NCBI GenBank assembly: GCA_963779415.1
Contig: CAVZYA010000001.1
Coordinates: forward strand, 1,856,001-1,920,000
DNA from: an uncultured Acidobacteriota bacterium
GTDB lineage: Bacteria > Acidobacteriota > Thermoanaerobaculia > UBA5066
Length of the DNA stretch: 64,000 bases
Reading direction: 5' to 3'
Made by a program: the position numbers and the translations under genes. Every line of letters begins with the position of its first letter. Position 1 is the first letter of the stretch. The notes under the pieces were generated by a model. It did no database searches, had not been told where the DNA came from, and worked only from the letters and a program-made list of their open reading frames with translations. Shown here piece after piece: positions 20,515 through 30,980 of this stretch.

Positions 20515-21725
20515 CCGTCGAGCCTCTGCCGGCTCTGCTTCCTGATCCAGGAGCAGAAGCTGACGATCCCGGGCACGGGATCTTTCCAGGTGAAGTACGG
20601 CTCATACGCTCCGATCCAGGATCGAATCAGGGACCAGCCGCTCACGGCCTGCTTCCTCCACTCGGCGAGCCCGCTCTGCAGATCGAGCCGCGGGTAGACA
20701 CAACGTCGTCCGAGCCGATATTCCCGGACAGGCTCGACCTCGCCGCCGAGAGCGTCACGGTAGGCCATCTCGCAGACGTCGATGCCGCAGCGGGCGGCGA
20801 AGTCCACGTACCACCACGGCCGGGCATTCACCTCCAGGATCTTGTACAGACCGTCCCGATCGTCGAGCTTGAACTCCGCGCTGAAGACACCGTGATACCC
20901 GATTTCGCTCAGGAGCCGCGTGATCGTCTCCACCGCTCCGGCCACTTCGCCCAGCGGAATGGTCACGCAAAGGGTGCTGTTGCCAAACAATTCCGGGAAC
21001 ATCCGGACTCGCCGGCGCGCGAGGAGGCCGCAGATCCGTCCGCGCCGGTCCACGAAGCCTTCGACGAAGACGTGACGCGTCGGAGGACCGGGGATGAACT
21101 CCTGAAGCATCACCGTCAGACCGTTCGCGGAGGCATCCTGGAGCAGCCGGAGTGCGTCTGCGCGATCCGTGAAGCGGAGCGCTTTTGCCCCGTAGAATTT
21201 GGCAAAGGCCGTCGACTGGTTCGGTTTCACGAAGTAGTCCTGCAGCCGATCGGCCGGAACCTCTTCGAGCGCCGCCGCGTCACGGAGGACGACTGTCCTG
21301 GGATGAGGGAGGCCCAATCTCGTGAGCGTTTCGGCGAAGACGGCCTTGTCCACCAGCTGCCTGAGAGTCCCGGGAGGAGCCACGCTGCTCGGAAAGCGGG
21401 TCGCAAGCTCCGGCTTCAGCCGGCTGACCGCCATGGCCCACGCGTCCGAGCAGGGCAGGAGGACCATTCGGCTGATGGTCAGCGACTCGAGCCGCGAACC
21501 GAGGTTCTCTTCGGAGAACTCGTCCGGGCCTTCCTCGGGCAAGGTCCGATACCAGCGCGAGCGGGTGATCTCGCCGACGCGAGCGCCTGTCACGTACAGG
21601 GGCACGCCGCGTCTTCCGAGGCAGCGCACGGCCCCGAGTACCGTGAGGCCGCGCCCGAGGATCAAGACCGGCACCGCATGGCGCCGGTTCGCGCCGTCAG
21701 GCTCCCCGGCCGTCGAAGAGCTCAT
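20511..21725 (-). CDS. ATP-grasp carboxylate-amine (D-aspartate ligase-like) ligase
   Basis: LLPCSD, VDK, FVKP, LQEFIPG, EFKLDDRDG.YKILEVNAR. Confidence 0.85.
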   Translation of the reverse strand: MSSSTAGEPDGANRRHAVPVLILGRGLTVLGAVRCLGRRGVPLYVTGARVGEITRSRWYRTLPEEGPDEFSEENLGSRLESLTISRMVLLPCSDAWAMAVSRLKPELATRFPSSVAPPGTLRQLVDKAVFAETLTRLGLPHPRTVVLRDAAALEEVPADRLQDYFVKPNQSTAFAKFYGAKALRFTDRADALRLLQDASANGLTVMLQEFIPGPPTRHVFVEGFVDRRGRICGLLARRRVRMFPELFGNSTLCVTIPLGEVAGAVETITRLLSEIGYHGVFSAEFKLDDRDGLYKILEVNARPWWYVDFAARCGIDVCEMAYRDALGGEVEPVREYRLGRRCVYPRLDLQSGLAEWRKQAVSGWSLIRSWIGAYEPYFTWKDPVPGIVSFCSWIRKQSRQRLDG

Positions 21726-21742
21726 CCCGCTTCCCGTCGCGG

Positions 21743-21833
21743 CAGTCTACACACTCCGACGACGAACCGTCGGCTGCCCCGTCGCGCCCGGTGCGCCACG
21801 AGCCGCTGTCGCCGTCTTCCCGATGGTATGATT
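21743..21833. promoter_or_regulatory. Divergent promoter pair (extended -10 TGTGTAGACT on minus, TGGTATGAT on plus)
   Basis: Two extended -10-like boxes between the divergent ATP-grasp and wzc genes; motif match only. Confidence 0.4.
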
Positions 21834-21925
21834 TCCGGGGTTATATCCGGCGTCCCGGCTGAAGTGTGCGGAAGGCGTGTCCTCCCGGCTCCATGAAGCC
21901 GTCCGCCGCAGGGAGACTAGTGCCG

Positions 21926-24217
21926 ATGCCGAGTCTGGAGCTCGAAGAAGAGACGCTGAATCGCCCGTCCGAGCCCGAGGTACATCTCGCGGACCTGTGG
22001 CGTGTCGTGGTCCAGCACCGCGGGCTGGTCATCGGGTCCGTCGTCCTTTGTCTCGCCACGGCGTGGGTGGTCGCCTTCCTGACGAGGCCGATGTTCCGCG
22101 CTTCGACGCTCCTTGCCCTCGAACAGGAACGCGATAATCCCCTGGACATCGCCGCGAGCGTGGCGCGTCAGCGCGGCCCGGACGCCATCTCGGTCGAGAC
22201 CGAGTCGCGGCTCATGAAGAGCCGCGATGTGCTCGAGCGCGTCGTGAGGAAGCTGAGCCTCGCCGAGTCGGCTCCCAAGCAGGAGACGACGAGCGCCAAT
22301 GGCACGCCGGCCGCCACCGCGCCGGCTTCCGACATCGATCCCGTCGCGGAGGCCGCCCTGGGCCTGCAAGAGAGCGTCGACATTCGGCCCGTACGAGGCA
22401 CGGAGCTCATCGAGATCCTGGTCACGGCGCATTCCGCCCGGAAAGCCGCCGACCTCGCCAATGCGGTGGCCGACGCCTACGTCTCCTGGAAGCTCGAGTC
22501 GAGGTTCCGGCTGCTGGGCCAGGCCTCCGAGTTCCTCACGAGCCAGATCGAAGATGCCAAGTCGGCTCTCGCGCAGAAGGAGGAGCGTCTCCTCGCCTTC
22601 GGCCGGCGGAAAGACATCCTGAGCACCGACCTCCAGAGCGGATCAGCGGCCGCGAAGGTCGATGCCCTCGCGCGCGACCTCGCCGCGGCTACGGCCGACC
22701 GGATCTCGAAAGAGGCCCGCGAAGCGGAGCTTCGAAACGCACGTCCCGAAACGCTCGCCGACTCGATTTCGGGCGGCCTCGTCCCGCAGCTTCGGGCCGA
22801 TCAGGCCCGCCTCGAGCGCGAATACCAGGCCAAGCTCGACGTCTACAAGCCCGACTGGCCCGCCATGCGGCAGCTCAAGGCCCAGATCGAGAAGGACCGC
22901 CAGAATCTCGACCTCGCCATCCAGGAAGCCGTCCGAAAGGCACGCGAATCCGCGCATTCCGACGTCCTCGTCGCGCAGCGCCGCGAGGACATTCTCCGGA
23001 GCGCCCTGCAGACCCAGCGCTCCCAGGCGATGGCAGGCAACGCCGACGCCGTCGAGTACAGCAACCTGAAGGTGGAGACCGACACCCAGCGGGCGCTCGT
23101 CGACAACCTTCTGAAGCGGCAGGCGGAGATCCAGGTCCTGACCCGCGTCGAGGGCGAACGCGTCTCGAACGTCCGGATCGTGGAGCGGGCCCTTCCGCCC
23201 GGCTCGCGCTTCCGCCCCTCCTATCGTCTCAACAGCCTCGTCGGGCTGGCCTGCGGCCTGTTGCTCGGCGTGGGGCTCGCCTTCATGGCCGACTACATGG
23301 ATCGGAGCCTGCGGACTCCGGAGCATGTGAGCCGGTACCTGAAGCTCCCGGTTCTCGGAATCATCCCGGCCGCCGACGGGGTTACGGAAGGGGTCTACGC
23401 ATCCCCCTCGCCTGCCGACGCCTCTGCTACCCGCAAGAAGTCCAGGCCGAACGCTCTTCGTGTGAAGGCCGTGAAGGCACAGAAGACCCCCCTCGAGCTT
23501 CTTCCTCACACGCTTCCCCGCTCCACGGTGGCCGAGGCCTACCGCGCCCTCCGGACGTCCCTTCTCCTCTCCACGGCCGACCGTCCCCGCTCCGTCGTCG
23601 TCACGTCGGCCATCCCTCTCGAAGGGAAGACGACGACGGCGACGAACCTCGCCGTCGTCCTTTCGCAGCTCGGAAAGAAGGTTCTCCTCGTCGATGCGGA
23701 CCTCCACCGGTCACGCCTCCACGAGATCTTCCAGGTCTCGAACGTCGTCGGCCTGGTCACCGTGCTCACCGGACTGAGCGACACCGGAACGGCCGTCCAC
23801 GGGACCGAGATACCGGGCCTGTTCGTTCTCCCGGCCGGTCCGAATCCGCCGAACCCGTCGGGGCTCCTCTCCTCAGACAGAATGCTCGAGTTCCTCAACA
23901 GCGCATTGGCCGAGTACGACTTCGTCGTTCTCGACACCCCGCCGGCTCTCGTGCTCGCCGACGCCGTCCTCGTCGGGCATCTGAGCGACGGCATCATCCT
24001 GACCGTTCGGGCCGGCAGCACGCCGCGCGAACAGGTCGTCCGGGCCCGGGACGAACTCCGCCGGGGAAATGGCCGGATCCTCGGGGTCGTTCTCAACGCG
24101 CTGAAGGACGAAAGTGGCGACATCACGTACCGCGAGCGGTACGGCGCCCGCTACTACCAGGGTACGGCGAGTCCAGCCGAGACCGCCGAGACGCCGTCCG
24201 CCGTCAAGACGACTTAG
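21926..24217 (+). CDS. wzc: Polysaccharide co-polymerase / BY tyrosine autokinase
   Basis: Wzz-like TM, coiled-coil periplasmic domain, [32 protein letters not shown], Tyr-containing tail. Confidence 0.93.
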   Translation: MPSLELEEETLNRPSEPEVHLADLWRVVVQHRGLVIGSVVLCLATAWVVAFLTRPMFRASTLLALEQERDNPLDIAASVARQRGPDAISVETESRLMKSRDVLERVVRKLSLAESAPKQETTSANGTPAATAPASDIDPVAEAALGLQESVDIRPVRGTELIEILVTAHSARKAADLANAVADAYVSWKLESRFRLLGQASEFLTSQIEDAKSALAQKEERLLAFGRRKDILSTDLQSGSAAAKVDALARDLAAATADRISKEAREAELRNARPETLADSISGGLVPQLRADQARLEREYQAKLDVYKPDWPAMRQLKAQIEKDRQNLDLAIQEAVRKARESAHSDVLVAQRREDILRSALQTQRSQAMAGNADAVEYSNLKVETDTQRALVDNLLKRQAEIQVLTRVEGERVSNVRIVERALPPGSRFRPSYRLNSLVGLACGLLLGVGLAFMADYMDRSLRTPEHVSRYLKLPVLGIIPAADGVTEGVYASPSPADASATRKKSRPNALRVKAVKAQKTPLELLPHTLPRSTVAEAYRALRTSLLLSTADRPRSVVVTSAIPLEGKTTTATNLAVVLSQLGKKVLLVDADLHRSRLHEIFQVSNVVGLVTVLTGLSDTGTAVHGTEIPGLFVLPAGPNPPNPSGLLSSDRMLEFLNSALAEYDFVVLDTPPALVLADAVLVGHLSDGIILTVRAGSTPREQVVRARDELRRGNGRILGVVLNALKDESGDITYRERYGARYYQGTASPAETAETPSAVKTT

Positions 24218-24233
24218 AGCGAGCGGGAGCCAG

Positions 24234-25298
24234 ATGCGACTCCTCGTCACCGGCCATCTCGGCTACATCGGCACGGTGCTCGTGCCGATGCTCCGGGCCG
24301 AGGGGCACGACGTCGTCGGCCTCGACAGCGCCCTTTTCGAGCGGTGCACCTTCGGCGATCCGCCGCAGACGGTGCCGGAGATCCGGAAGGACATCCGGGA
24401 CGTCCGGCTCCCTGACGTCCAGGGCTTCGACGCGGTGATCCATCTCGCGGCCCTCTCGAACGACCCTCTGGGAAACCTCGACCCCGACCTGACCTACGAC
24501 ATCAACCACAAGGCTTCGGTTCGTCTGGCCGAGCTGTGCAAGCAGGCGAAGGTCGCCCGCTTCCTCTTCTCCTCCTCTTGCAGCCTTTACGGAGCGGCGG
24601 GCGAGAGTCCCGTGGACGAGCATGCCCCCTTCAACCCCGTCACGCCCTACGGCCACTCCAAAGTGCTCGTCGAGCGGGATGTCGCCCGACTGGCCGACTC
24701 GAGCTTCAGCCCGGTCTTTCTCCGAAACGCGACGGCCTACGGTGTCTCGCCGCGACACCGGTTCGACATCGTGCTGAACAACCTGGTCGCGTGGGCCTTT
24801 ACGACGGGCCGCGTCCACATCAAGAGCGACGGCACGCCCTGGCGCCCCATCGTGCACGTCGAGGACATCTCACGGGCGTTCCTCGCGGCGCTCACGGCCC
24901 CCCGCGACGTCATTCACAACGAAGCCTTCAACGTCGGGCAGGACGGCGAGAACCACCAGGTCCGTGACCTCGCCGAGCTGGTCCACCAGGTCGTGCCGGG
25001 GTGCACGATCGAGTACGCCGCGGACGCCGGACCGGACAAGCGAAGCTACCGCGTCGACTTCGGAAAGATCTCGAGGCTCCTCCCCGCGTTCAAGCCCGAA
25101 TGGAATGCCCGGCGGGGCGCCGTCCAGCTCTATGAAGCGTATCGCCGAACAGGGGTCCGGCTCGACGAGTTCGAAGGCCCGCGATACCGCCGGATCGACC
25201 ATATCCAGGAACTCATCCGCTCCGGCGTTCTCGGCCGCGACCTTCGAAGAACGAGCCCCATCGCCGCCCCCGCTGCGGAGCCCGGCCGGAGCGAATGA
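24234..25298 (+). CDS. NAD-dependent nucleotide-sugar epimerase/dehydratase (SDR)
   Basis: [30 protein letters not shown]. Confidence 0.9.
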   Translation: MRLLVTGHLGYIGTVLVPMLRAEGHDVVGLDSALFERCTFGDPPQTVPEIRKDIRDVRLPDVQGFDAVIHLAALSNDPLGNLDPDLTYDINHKASVRLAELCKQAKVARFLFSSSCSLYGAAGESPVDEHAPFNPVTPYGHSKVLVERDVARLADSSFSPVFLRNATAYGVSPRHRFDIVLNNLVAWAFTTGRVHIKSDGTPWRPIVHVEDISRAFLAALTAPRDVIHNEAFNVGQDGENHQVRDLAELVHQVVPGCTIEYAADAGPDKRSYRVDFGKISRLLPAFKPEWNARRGAVQLYEAYRRTGVRLDEFEGPRYRRIDHIQELIRSGVLGRDLRRTSPIAAPAAEPGRSE

Positions 25299-26558
25299 CC
25301 TCGGACACCGGCACGGGACCCGGGCCTCGAACGCTCTGCCGGTTCTGCCGGGCGCCGCTCACCCGGACCTTCGCCGACCTCGGGATGTCTCCCCTGTGCG
25401 AAAGCTACGTGACCGCCGATCGGCTCGACGAGATGGAGCCTTTCTTCCCGCTTCACGTCTGGGTCTGCTCGCGATGCTTCCTGGTCCAGCTGGGGGAGTA
25501 CGTCTCCCCCGCGGAGATCTTTTCGGAATACGCCTACTTCTCCTCCTACTCGGAGTCGTGGGTGCGGCACGCGAAGGCCTATGCCGATCGGATGGCGCAG
25601 CGGCTCGGTCTCGGCGCCGGCAGCCGGGTCGTCGAAGTCGCCAGCAACGACGGGTACCTCCTGCAGCACTTCGCGGCGAGCGGGATTCCCGTCCTCGGAA
25701 TCGAGCCGGCGACGAACGTGGCGGCGCGCGCGATCGAACGGGGGATTCCCACGATCGAGCGATTCTTCGGACCGGAGCTGGCGCGGGAGCTGGCGTCCGA
25801 CGGGAGGCAGGCCGACCTCATCGTCGGGAACAACGTCCTCGCCCACGTTCCCGATCTGAACGGCTTCGTGGACGGCCTCCGCATCCTCCTGAAGCCTTCC
25901 GGCACGATCACGATGGAGTTCCCGCATCTCTGGCGGCTGATGGACGAGAACCAGTTCGACACGATCTACCACGAGCACTTTTCGTATCTTCTCGCTTCTC
26001 GTCGCCGAGAAGGTCTTCGCCGCGCACGACATGACGGTCTTCGACGTGGAGGAACTGTCGACCCACGGAGGCTCGCTTCGCGTCTACGCCCGGCACCGGG
26101 CGGACTCCTCGCGACCCGTGACGGCGGCCGTCGAGACCCTCAGGAGCCGGGAGAGGAGCGCGGGCTTCGAGAACCTCGAGCACTATGACGGCTTCATGCC
26201 GAGGGTGGCCGAGACGAAGCGGCGCCTCCTCGGCTTCCTCATCGAGGCGAAGGAGCGTGGAATGTCGGTCGCGGCCTACGGTGCCCCCGGCAAGGGGAAC
26301 ACCCTTCTGAACTATTGCGGGATCCGGACGGATTTCCTCGAATATGCGGTCGACAGGAACCCCTACAAGCAGGGCAAGTTCCTGCCGGGAACCCACATTC
26401 CAATCTTTCCCGTGGAGAAGCTCGACGAGACGCGGCCGGACTACGTGCTCATCCTTCCATGGAACCTGAAGGACGAGATCGTGAAACAGATGACCCGGGT
26501 GCGAGGCTGGGGAGGCCGCTTCGTCGTCCCGATCCCCCGGGTGGAGATCATCGAATGA
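25295..26558 (+). CDS. NDP-hexose C-methyltransferase (Zn-binding, TcaB9/NovU-like); frameshift near 25990
   Basis: [65 protein letters not shown]. Confidence 0.88.
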
Positions 26559-27113
26559 ACTTTCATCCTCTCGAGGTCTCCGGGGCCTTCCTGATCGAAC
26601 CGCAGCCGATCCCCGACGAGCGGGGTTTCTTTGCGAGGCTCTGGTGTCAGAAGGATTTCGAGGACCGCGGACTCGATCGGGCGCATCGTCCAGTGCAGCC
26701 AGTCCTTCAACGCGAGAAAGGGAACCCTGAGGGGCCTTCACTACCAGCTCCCGCCGCATGCCGAGGCGAAGGTCGTCCGGTGCCTGAAGGGAGCGATCTA
26801 CGACGTCGTCCTCGACCTGCGGCCCGAGTCCCCGACCTTCAGGAAATTCGCGGCGATCACCCTCACGTCGGAGAATCGGTCGATGGCGTACGTGCCAAAA
26901 GGGTGTGCGCACGGGTTCCAGACACTCGAGGACGAAACCGAGGTCCTTTACCTGATTTCGGAGCTCTACCGGCCTGACCATGCCCGCGGCGTTCGGTGGG
27001 ACGATCCGGCGTTCCAGATTCCATGGCCGCCGGGGGAGAAGATCCTGAACGATCGGGATCGAAGCTATCCCGACTACCGCCCCCTGGAAGGCGGAACGTC
27101 CGATGGGCGCTGA
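26555..27113 (+). CDS. rfbC: dTDP-4-dehydrorhamnose 3,5-epimerase family; frameshift near 26680
   Basis: DERGFFAR, GTLRGLHYQ, DVVLDLRPESPT, AHGFQTL, RWDDP. Confidence 0.85.
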
Positions 27114-28413
27114 ACCTCGTCCGAGCCCCGTTCCGGCGAGCCTCGGCGCCGAGATGCACGAGCTGATTTCGGAGCTGTACCCGATCTGCCGCAGCATCAC
27201 GGGCGCCGGATTCCGCGAGACGCTCCGGCGTATCGACCGGCTCGTGCCGCTGAAGATGCACGAGGTGCCGACCGGAACGAAAGTATTCGATTGGACCGTG
27301 CCGAGGGAGTGGAACATCCGTGACGCGTACGTCAAGGACGGCGCGGGTCGCCGCGTCATCGATTTCCGGACGTCCAACCTCCACGTCGTCAACTACAGCG
27401 TTCCGATCCGCGCCACGCTGACCCGCGCCGAGCTGGAGGAGCACCTCTTCTCCATACCCGAGCATCCGGACTGGATTCCGTACCGCACGACCTACTACGA
27501 GGAATCGTGGGGCTTCTGCCTGAGCCACAACCAGCTTCTCGAGATGAAGGACGAGAGCTACGAGGTTTTCATCGATTCCTCGCTCGAGAAGGGCCACCTG
27601 ACCTGGGGCGAGACCTTCCTTGAAGGCGCGACCGACGAGGAGGTCCTGATCACGTGCCACGCCTGTCATCCGTCCCTGTGCAACGACAATCTGTCCGGCG
27701 TGGCGGTGGCCGCATATCTGGCCCGAGCCCTGGAGGGGACCCCTCACCGCTTCTCCTACCGGTTCCTGTTCATTCCGGGGACGATCGGATCGATCACGTG
27801 GCTCGCCCTCAACGAAGACAAGGTCCACCGGATACGGCACGGCCTCGTTCTGGCGCTTCTGGGCGACGCAGGCCCGTTCACGTACAAGCGGTCCCGGCGC
27901 GGCGATGCCGAGATCGACCGTGTCGCCGCTTACGTCCTGGGAACCCTGCCGGGCGGGCACCGCGTCCGCGACTTCACCCCCTGGGGCTACGACGAGCGAC
28001 AGTTCTGCTCGCCCGGCTTCAACCTCCCCGTCGGCAGCCTCATGAGGACGCCGAATGGAGAGTTTCCCGAATATCACACCTCTGCGGACAACCTCGACTT
28101 CGTGACGCCCGTCCGCCTCGCGGAGTCGTACGCGCTCTGCCTTTCCATCATCGACGTTCTCGAGAATAACGTGCGATACACGAGCCGGAACCCGAAGTGC
28201 GAGCCCCAGCTGGGGCGCCGCGGCCTCTATCGTCCGATGGGGGGTGACGCGATGTCGCCGGAGTCCGGGATGGCCCTCCTGTGGGTCCTCAACCAGTCGG
28301 ACGGAAGCCGCACCCTTCTCGACATCGCGGAGCGCTCCCGGCTTCCCTTCGACGCGATTCGATCGGCCGCGGACGCTCTCCGGGAGAACGGCCTTCTCGA
28401 GACGTGCCAGTGA
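27103..28413 (+). CDS. DUF4910/DUF2172 M28-peptidase-like protein with C-terminal wHTH
   Basis: LYPICRSITG.G.R.TL, DWTVPREW, H.CHPSLCNDNLSG, DERQFCSPG, YHTSADN, CEPQLGRRGLY. Confidence 0.88.
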   Translation: MGAEPRPSPVPASLGAEMHELISELYPICRSITGAGFRETLRRIDRLVPLKMHEVPTGTKVFDWTVPREWNIRDAYVKDGAGRRVIDFRTSNLHVVNYSVPIRATLTRAELEEHLFSIPEHPDWIPYRTTYYEESWGFCLSHNQLLEMKDESYEVFIDSSLEKGHLTWGETFLEGATDEEVLITCHACHPSLCNDNLSGVAVAAYLARALEGTPHRFSYRFLFIPGTIGSITWLALNEDKVHRIRHGLVLALLGDAGPFTYKRSRRGDAEIDRVAAYVLGTLPGGHRVRDFTPWGYDERQFCSPGFNLPVGSLMRTPNGEFPEYHTSADNLDFVTPVRLAESYALCLSIIDVLENNVRYTSRNPKCEPQLGRRGLYRPMGGDAMSPESGMALLWVLNQSDGSRTLLDIAERSRLPFDAIRSAADALRENGLLETCQ

Positions 28414-28482
28414 CCTCGACGCCCGTGACGTTCATTACGCCGGGGTTTTGCGCGATACTTCCCTGGGTCACGACGTGAGGAT

Positions 28483-29268
28483 ATGAAAGTCGTTCTCTTC
28501 TGCGGCGGCCTCGGCATGAGGCTGAAAGAGTTCTCGGAGAGCATTCCGAAGCCTCTCGTCACGATCGGCCTCCGGCCCCTCCTCTGGCACGTCATGAAGT
28601 ACTACGCCCATTTCGGGCACAAGGACTTCATCCTCTGCCTCGGATACCGGGCCGACCTGATCAAGGACTATTTCCTCAAGTACGACGAGTGCCTGTCGAA
28701 CGACTTCATCCTGTCGGGCGACGGCGGCGGCGTCCAGCTCCTCGACCGCGACATCCATGACTGGAAGATCACCTTCGTCGACACCGGCCTGAATTCGAAC
28801 GTCGCCCAGCGTCTCAAAGCCGTCGAAAAACATCTCGCCGGCGAAGAGGTGTTTCTCGCGAACTACGCCGACGGGCTTACCGACTTCCCGCTTCCGCGGC
28901 TGATCGAGCAGTTCGCGAAGTCGGGCAGCGTGGCGAGCTTCCTCGGCGTCCGTCCAAGCCAGACCTTCCACGTCGTGACGATGGCGGACGACCACCGCGT
29001 CACCGCCATCCAGGACGTGACCCAGGCCGGCCTCTGGGTCAACGGAGGCTTCTTCGTGATGCGGCAGTCCATCTTCGACTACATCGGGCCCGGCGAGGAG
29101 CTGGTTCAGGAACCCTTCCAGAGGTTGATCAACGAAAGAAGGCTGACCGCTCACCGATACGACGGCTTTTTCGTCGCCATGGACACGTTCAAGGACAAGC
29201 AAATTCTCGACGAGCTGTACTCCCGGGGCGACGCGCCCTGGGAGGTCTGGAAGACGGCAGGAAAGTAG
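28483..29268 (+). CDS. rfbF: Glucose-1-phosphate cytidylyltransferase
   Basis: CGGLG.RL..PKPLV.IG.RP.LWH.MKYY, VDTGL, NYADG, VNGGFF, MDTFKD. Confidence 0.88.
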   Translation: MKVVLFCGGLGMRLKEFSESIPKPLVTIGLRPLLWHVMKYYAHFGHKDFILCLGYRADLIKDYFLKYDECLSNDFILSGDGGGVQLLDRDIHDWKITFVDTGLNSNVAQRLKAVEKHLAGEEVFLANYADGLTDFPLPRLIEQFAKSGSVASFLGVRPSQTFHVVTMADDHRVTAIQDVTQAGLWVNGGFFVMRQSIFDYIGPGEELVQEPFQRLINERRLTAHRYDGFFVAMDTFKDKQILDELYSRGDAPWEVWKTAGK

Positions 29269-29280
29269 TCGACGCACGAG

Positions 29281-29934
29281 ATGATGCCGTTCCAGTTCGC
29301 CCGGAGCCGCCGCGCCGCCCTTCGCATCCTCTGTCTCGGCGCCCACAGCGACGACATCGAGATCGGCTGCGGGGGTACGCTCTTGCGTCTCCTCGAGACG
29401 TACACGAACGTCACCTGCCGCTGGGTCGTCTTCACGGCGGAGGGGCCGCGGGCGCGGGAAGCTCGCGCAGGGGCCCGCCGGTTCCTGCGCGGGGCCGCCG
29501 AAGCAGCCGTGACGCTCCACACGTTCCGGAACGGCTACTTCCCGTCCCTGGCGGCCGACATCAAGACGGCCTTCGAGGAGCTGAAGAGGACCGTCTCGCC
29601 TGACCTCATCTTCACCAATTACCGCGGCGATCTTCACCAGGACCATCGGACGATCGCCGAGCTGACCTGGAACACGTTCCGGGATCACACGATCCTCGAG
29701 TACGAGGTTCCGAAGTACGACGGAGATCTCGGCGCACCCAACCTCTTCTTTCAGCTCGACGGCCGGACGGCCCGCCGGAAGGCCCGGCTTCTCATGCAGA
29801 CGTTCGGGACGCAGAGAGGGAAGGACTGGTTCACCGAAGACACGTTTCTGGCCCTCATGAGACTTCGCGGCATGGAGTGCCGCGCGCCGGGGCGCTTCGC
29901 CGAGGCCTTCTACTGTCGGAAGGCTGTCCTGTAA
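29281..29934 (+). CDS. PIG-L/LmbE family deacetylase
   Basis: AHSDDIEIGCGG and DLHQDH Zn motifs. Confidence 0.9.
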   Translation: MMPFQFARSRRAALRILCLGAHSDDIEIGCGGTLLRLLETYTNVTCRWVVFTAEGPRAREARAGARRFLRGAAEAAVTLHTFRNGYFPSLAADIKTAFEELKRTVSPDLIFTNYRGDLHQDHRTIAELTWNTFRDHTILEYEVPKYDGDLGAPNLFFQLDGRTARRKARLLMQTFGTQRGKDWFTEDTFLALMRLRGMECRAPGRFAEAFYCRKAVL

Positions 29935-29951
29935 GAGGAACCGGACGCCTG

Positions 29952-30980
29952 ATGCGACCCGGCACTGCGGTCTCACGCATACTCGATCTCCGGGCCGGCG
30001 ACCTCGTCGAGGTTCGCAGCCGCGAGGAGATCCTCGCCACGCTGGACCCATACGCAAGGCTCGATGCCCTTCCCTTCATGCCGGAGATGTTCCAGTATTG
30101 CGGTAATCGCTACCGCGTCTTCAAGCGGGCCGACAAGACGTGCGACACCATCACCGATACCGGGACGCGCCGGCTCTTCAATACCGTCCATCTGGAAGGC
30201 CTTCGTTGTGACGGCCGGGCCCATGGCGGCTGCCAGGCTCTCTGCTTCCTCTTCTGGAAGGAAGCGTGGCTGAGGCGAGTTCCGCCGCACGCCCCTCTCC
30301 CGCCTTCGGAGGCGCCTCCGGCGGAACGATGCACGGAGGAAGCGGTTTTCGCAGCAACCCGTGTCCACGCCCGCGCGGGCGCGCTTTCCGAGGAGCGCTT
30401 CTCCTGTCAGGCCACGGAACTTCTCCGCGCGACCTCCCCTCTCGCCTGGTGGGACGTCCGCCAGTACGCAAGAGACGTCCGCTCCCGGAACATCCGGATG
30501 CGGGACCTCATGCGCGGCGTCGCCCTCGGAGTCTTCAACACCATCCAGCGGCGCCGCGGCGGCACGACTTATCCCTATGTGAAGGGTCCGCTCACCAGAA
30601 CCCCGGCCGCGACGCTCGACCTCCGTCCCGGCGAGGTCGTCCGCGTGAAGCCGCTTGCCGAGATCCGCAACACACTCGACACGCGCCGGCGTAATCGCGG
30701 CCTCAAGTTCGACGTCGAGATGGTCCGATACTGCGGAAGAACCCTCCGGGTCCTTGCGCGTGTCGAGCGCATCATCAACGACAGGACCGGGACGATGATC
30801 TCCCTGCCGAAAGACTGCATCGTTCTCGAAGGGGCGACGTGCCTCGGCCACCTCAGTGTCACCCCGAACCGCCTTTTCTGCCCTCGCAGCATCTATGCGT
30901 TCTGGCGCGAGATCTGGCTGGAGCGCGTCGATCCGCCAGAGCCCCCACGGGCATCGTCGTCATTCGGTGAGAACACGTGA
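29952..30980 (+). CDS. Conserved hypothetical protein with two internal Cys-containing repeats
   Basis: Repeat LR.G..V.V....EI..TLD...F..EM..YCG...RV...LEG..C.G...C.....FW.E.WL.RV occurs twice. Confidence 0.8.
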   Translation: MRPGTAVSRILDLRAGDLVEVRSREEILATLDPYARLDALPFMPEMFQYCGNRYRVFKRADKTCDTITDTGTRRLFNTVHLEGLRCDGRAHGGCQALCFLFWKEAWLRRVPPHAPLPPSEAPPAERCTEEAVFAATRVHARAGALSEERFSCQATELLRATSPLAWWDVRQYARDVRSRNIRMRDLMRGVALGVFNTIQRRRGGTTYPYVKGPLTRTPAATLDLRPGEVVRVKPLAEIRNTLDTRRRNRGLKFDVEMVRYCGRTLRVLARVERIINDRTGTMISLPKDCIVLEGATCLGHLSVTPNRLFCPRSIYAFWREIWLERVDPPEPPRASSSFGENT

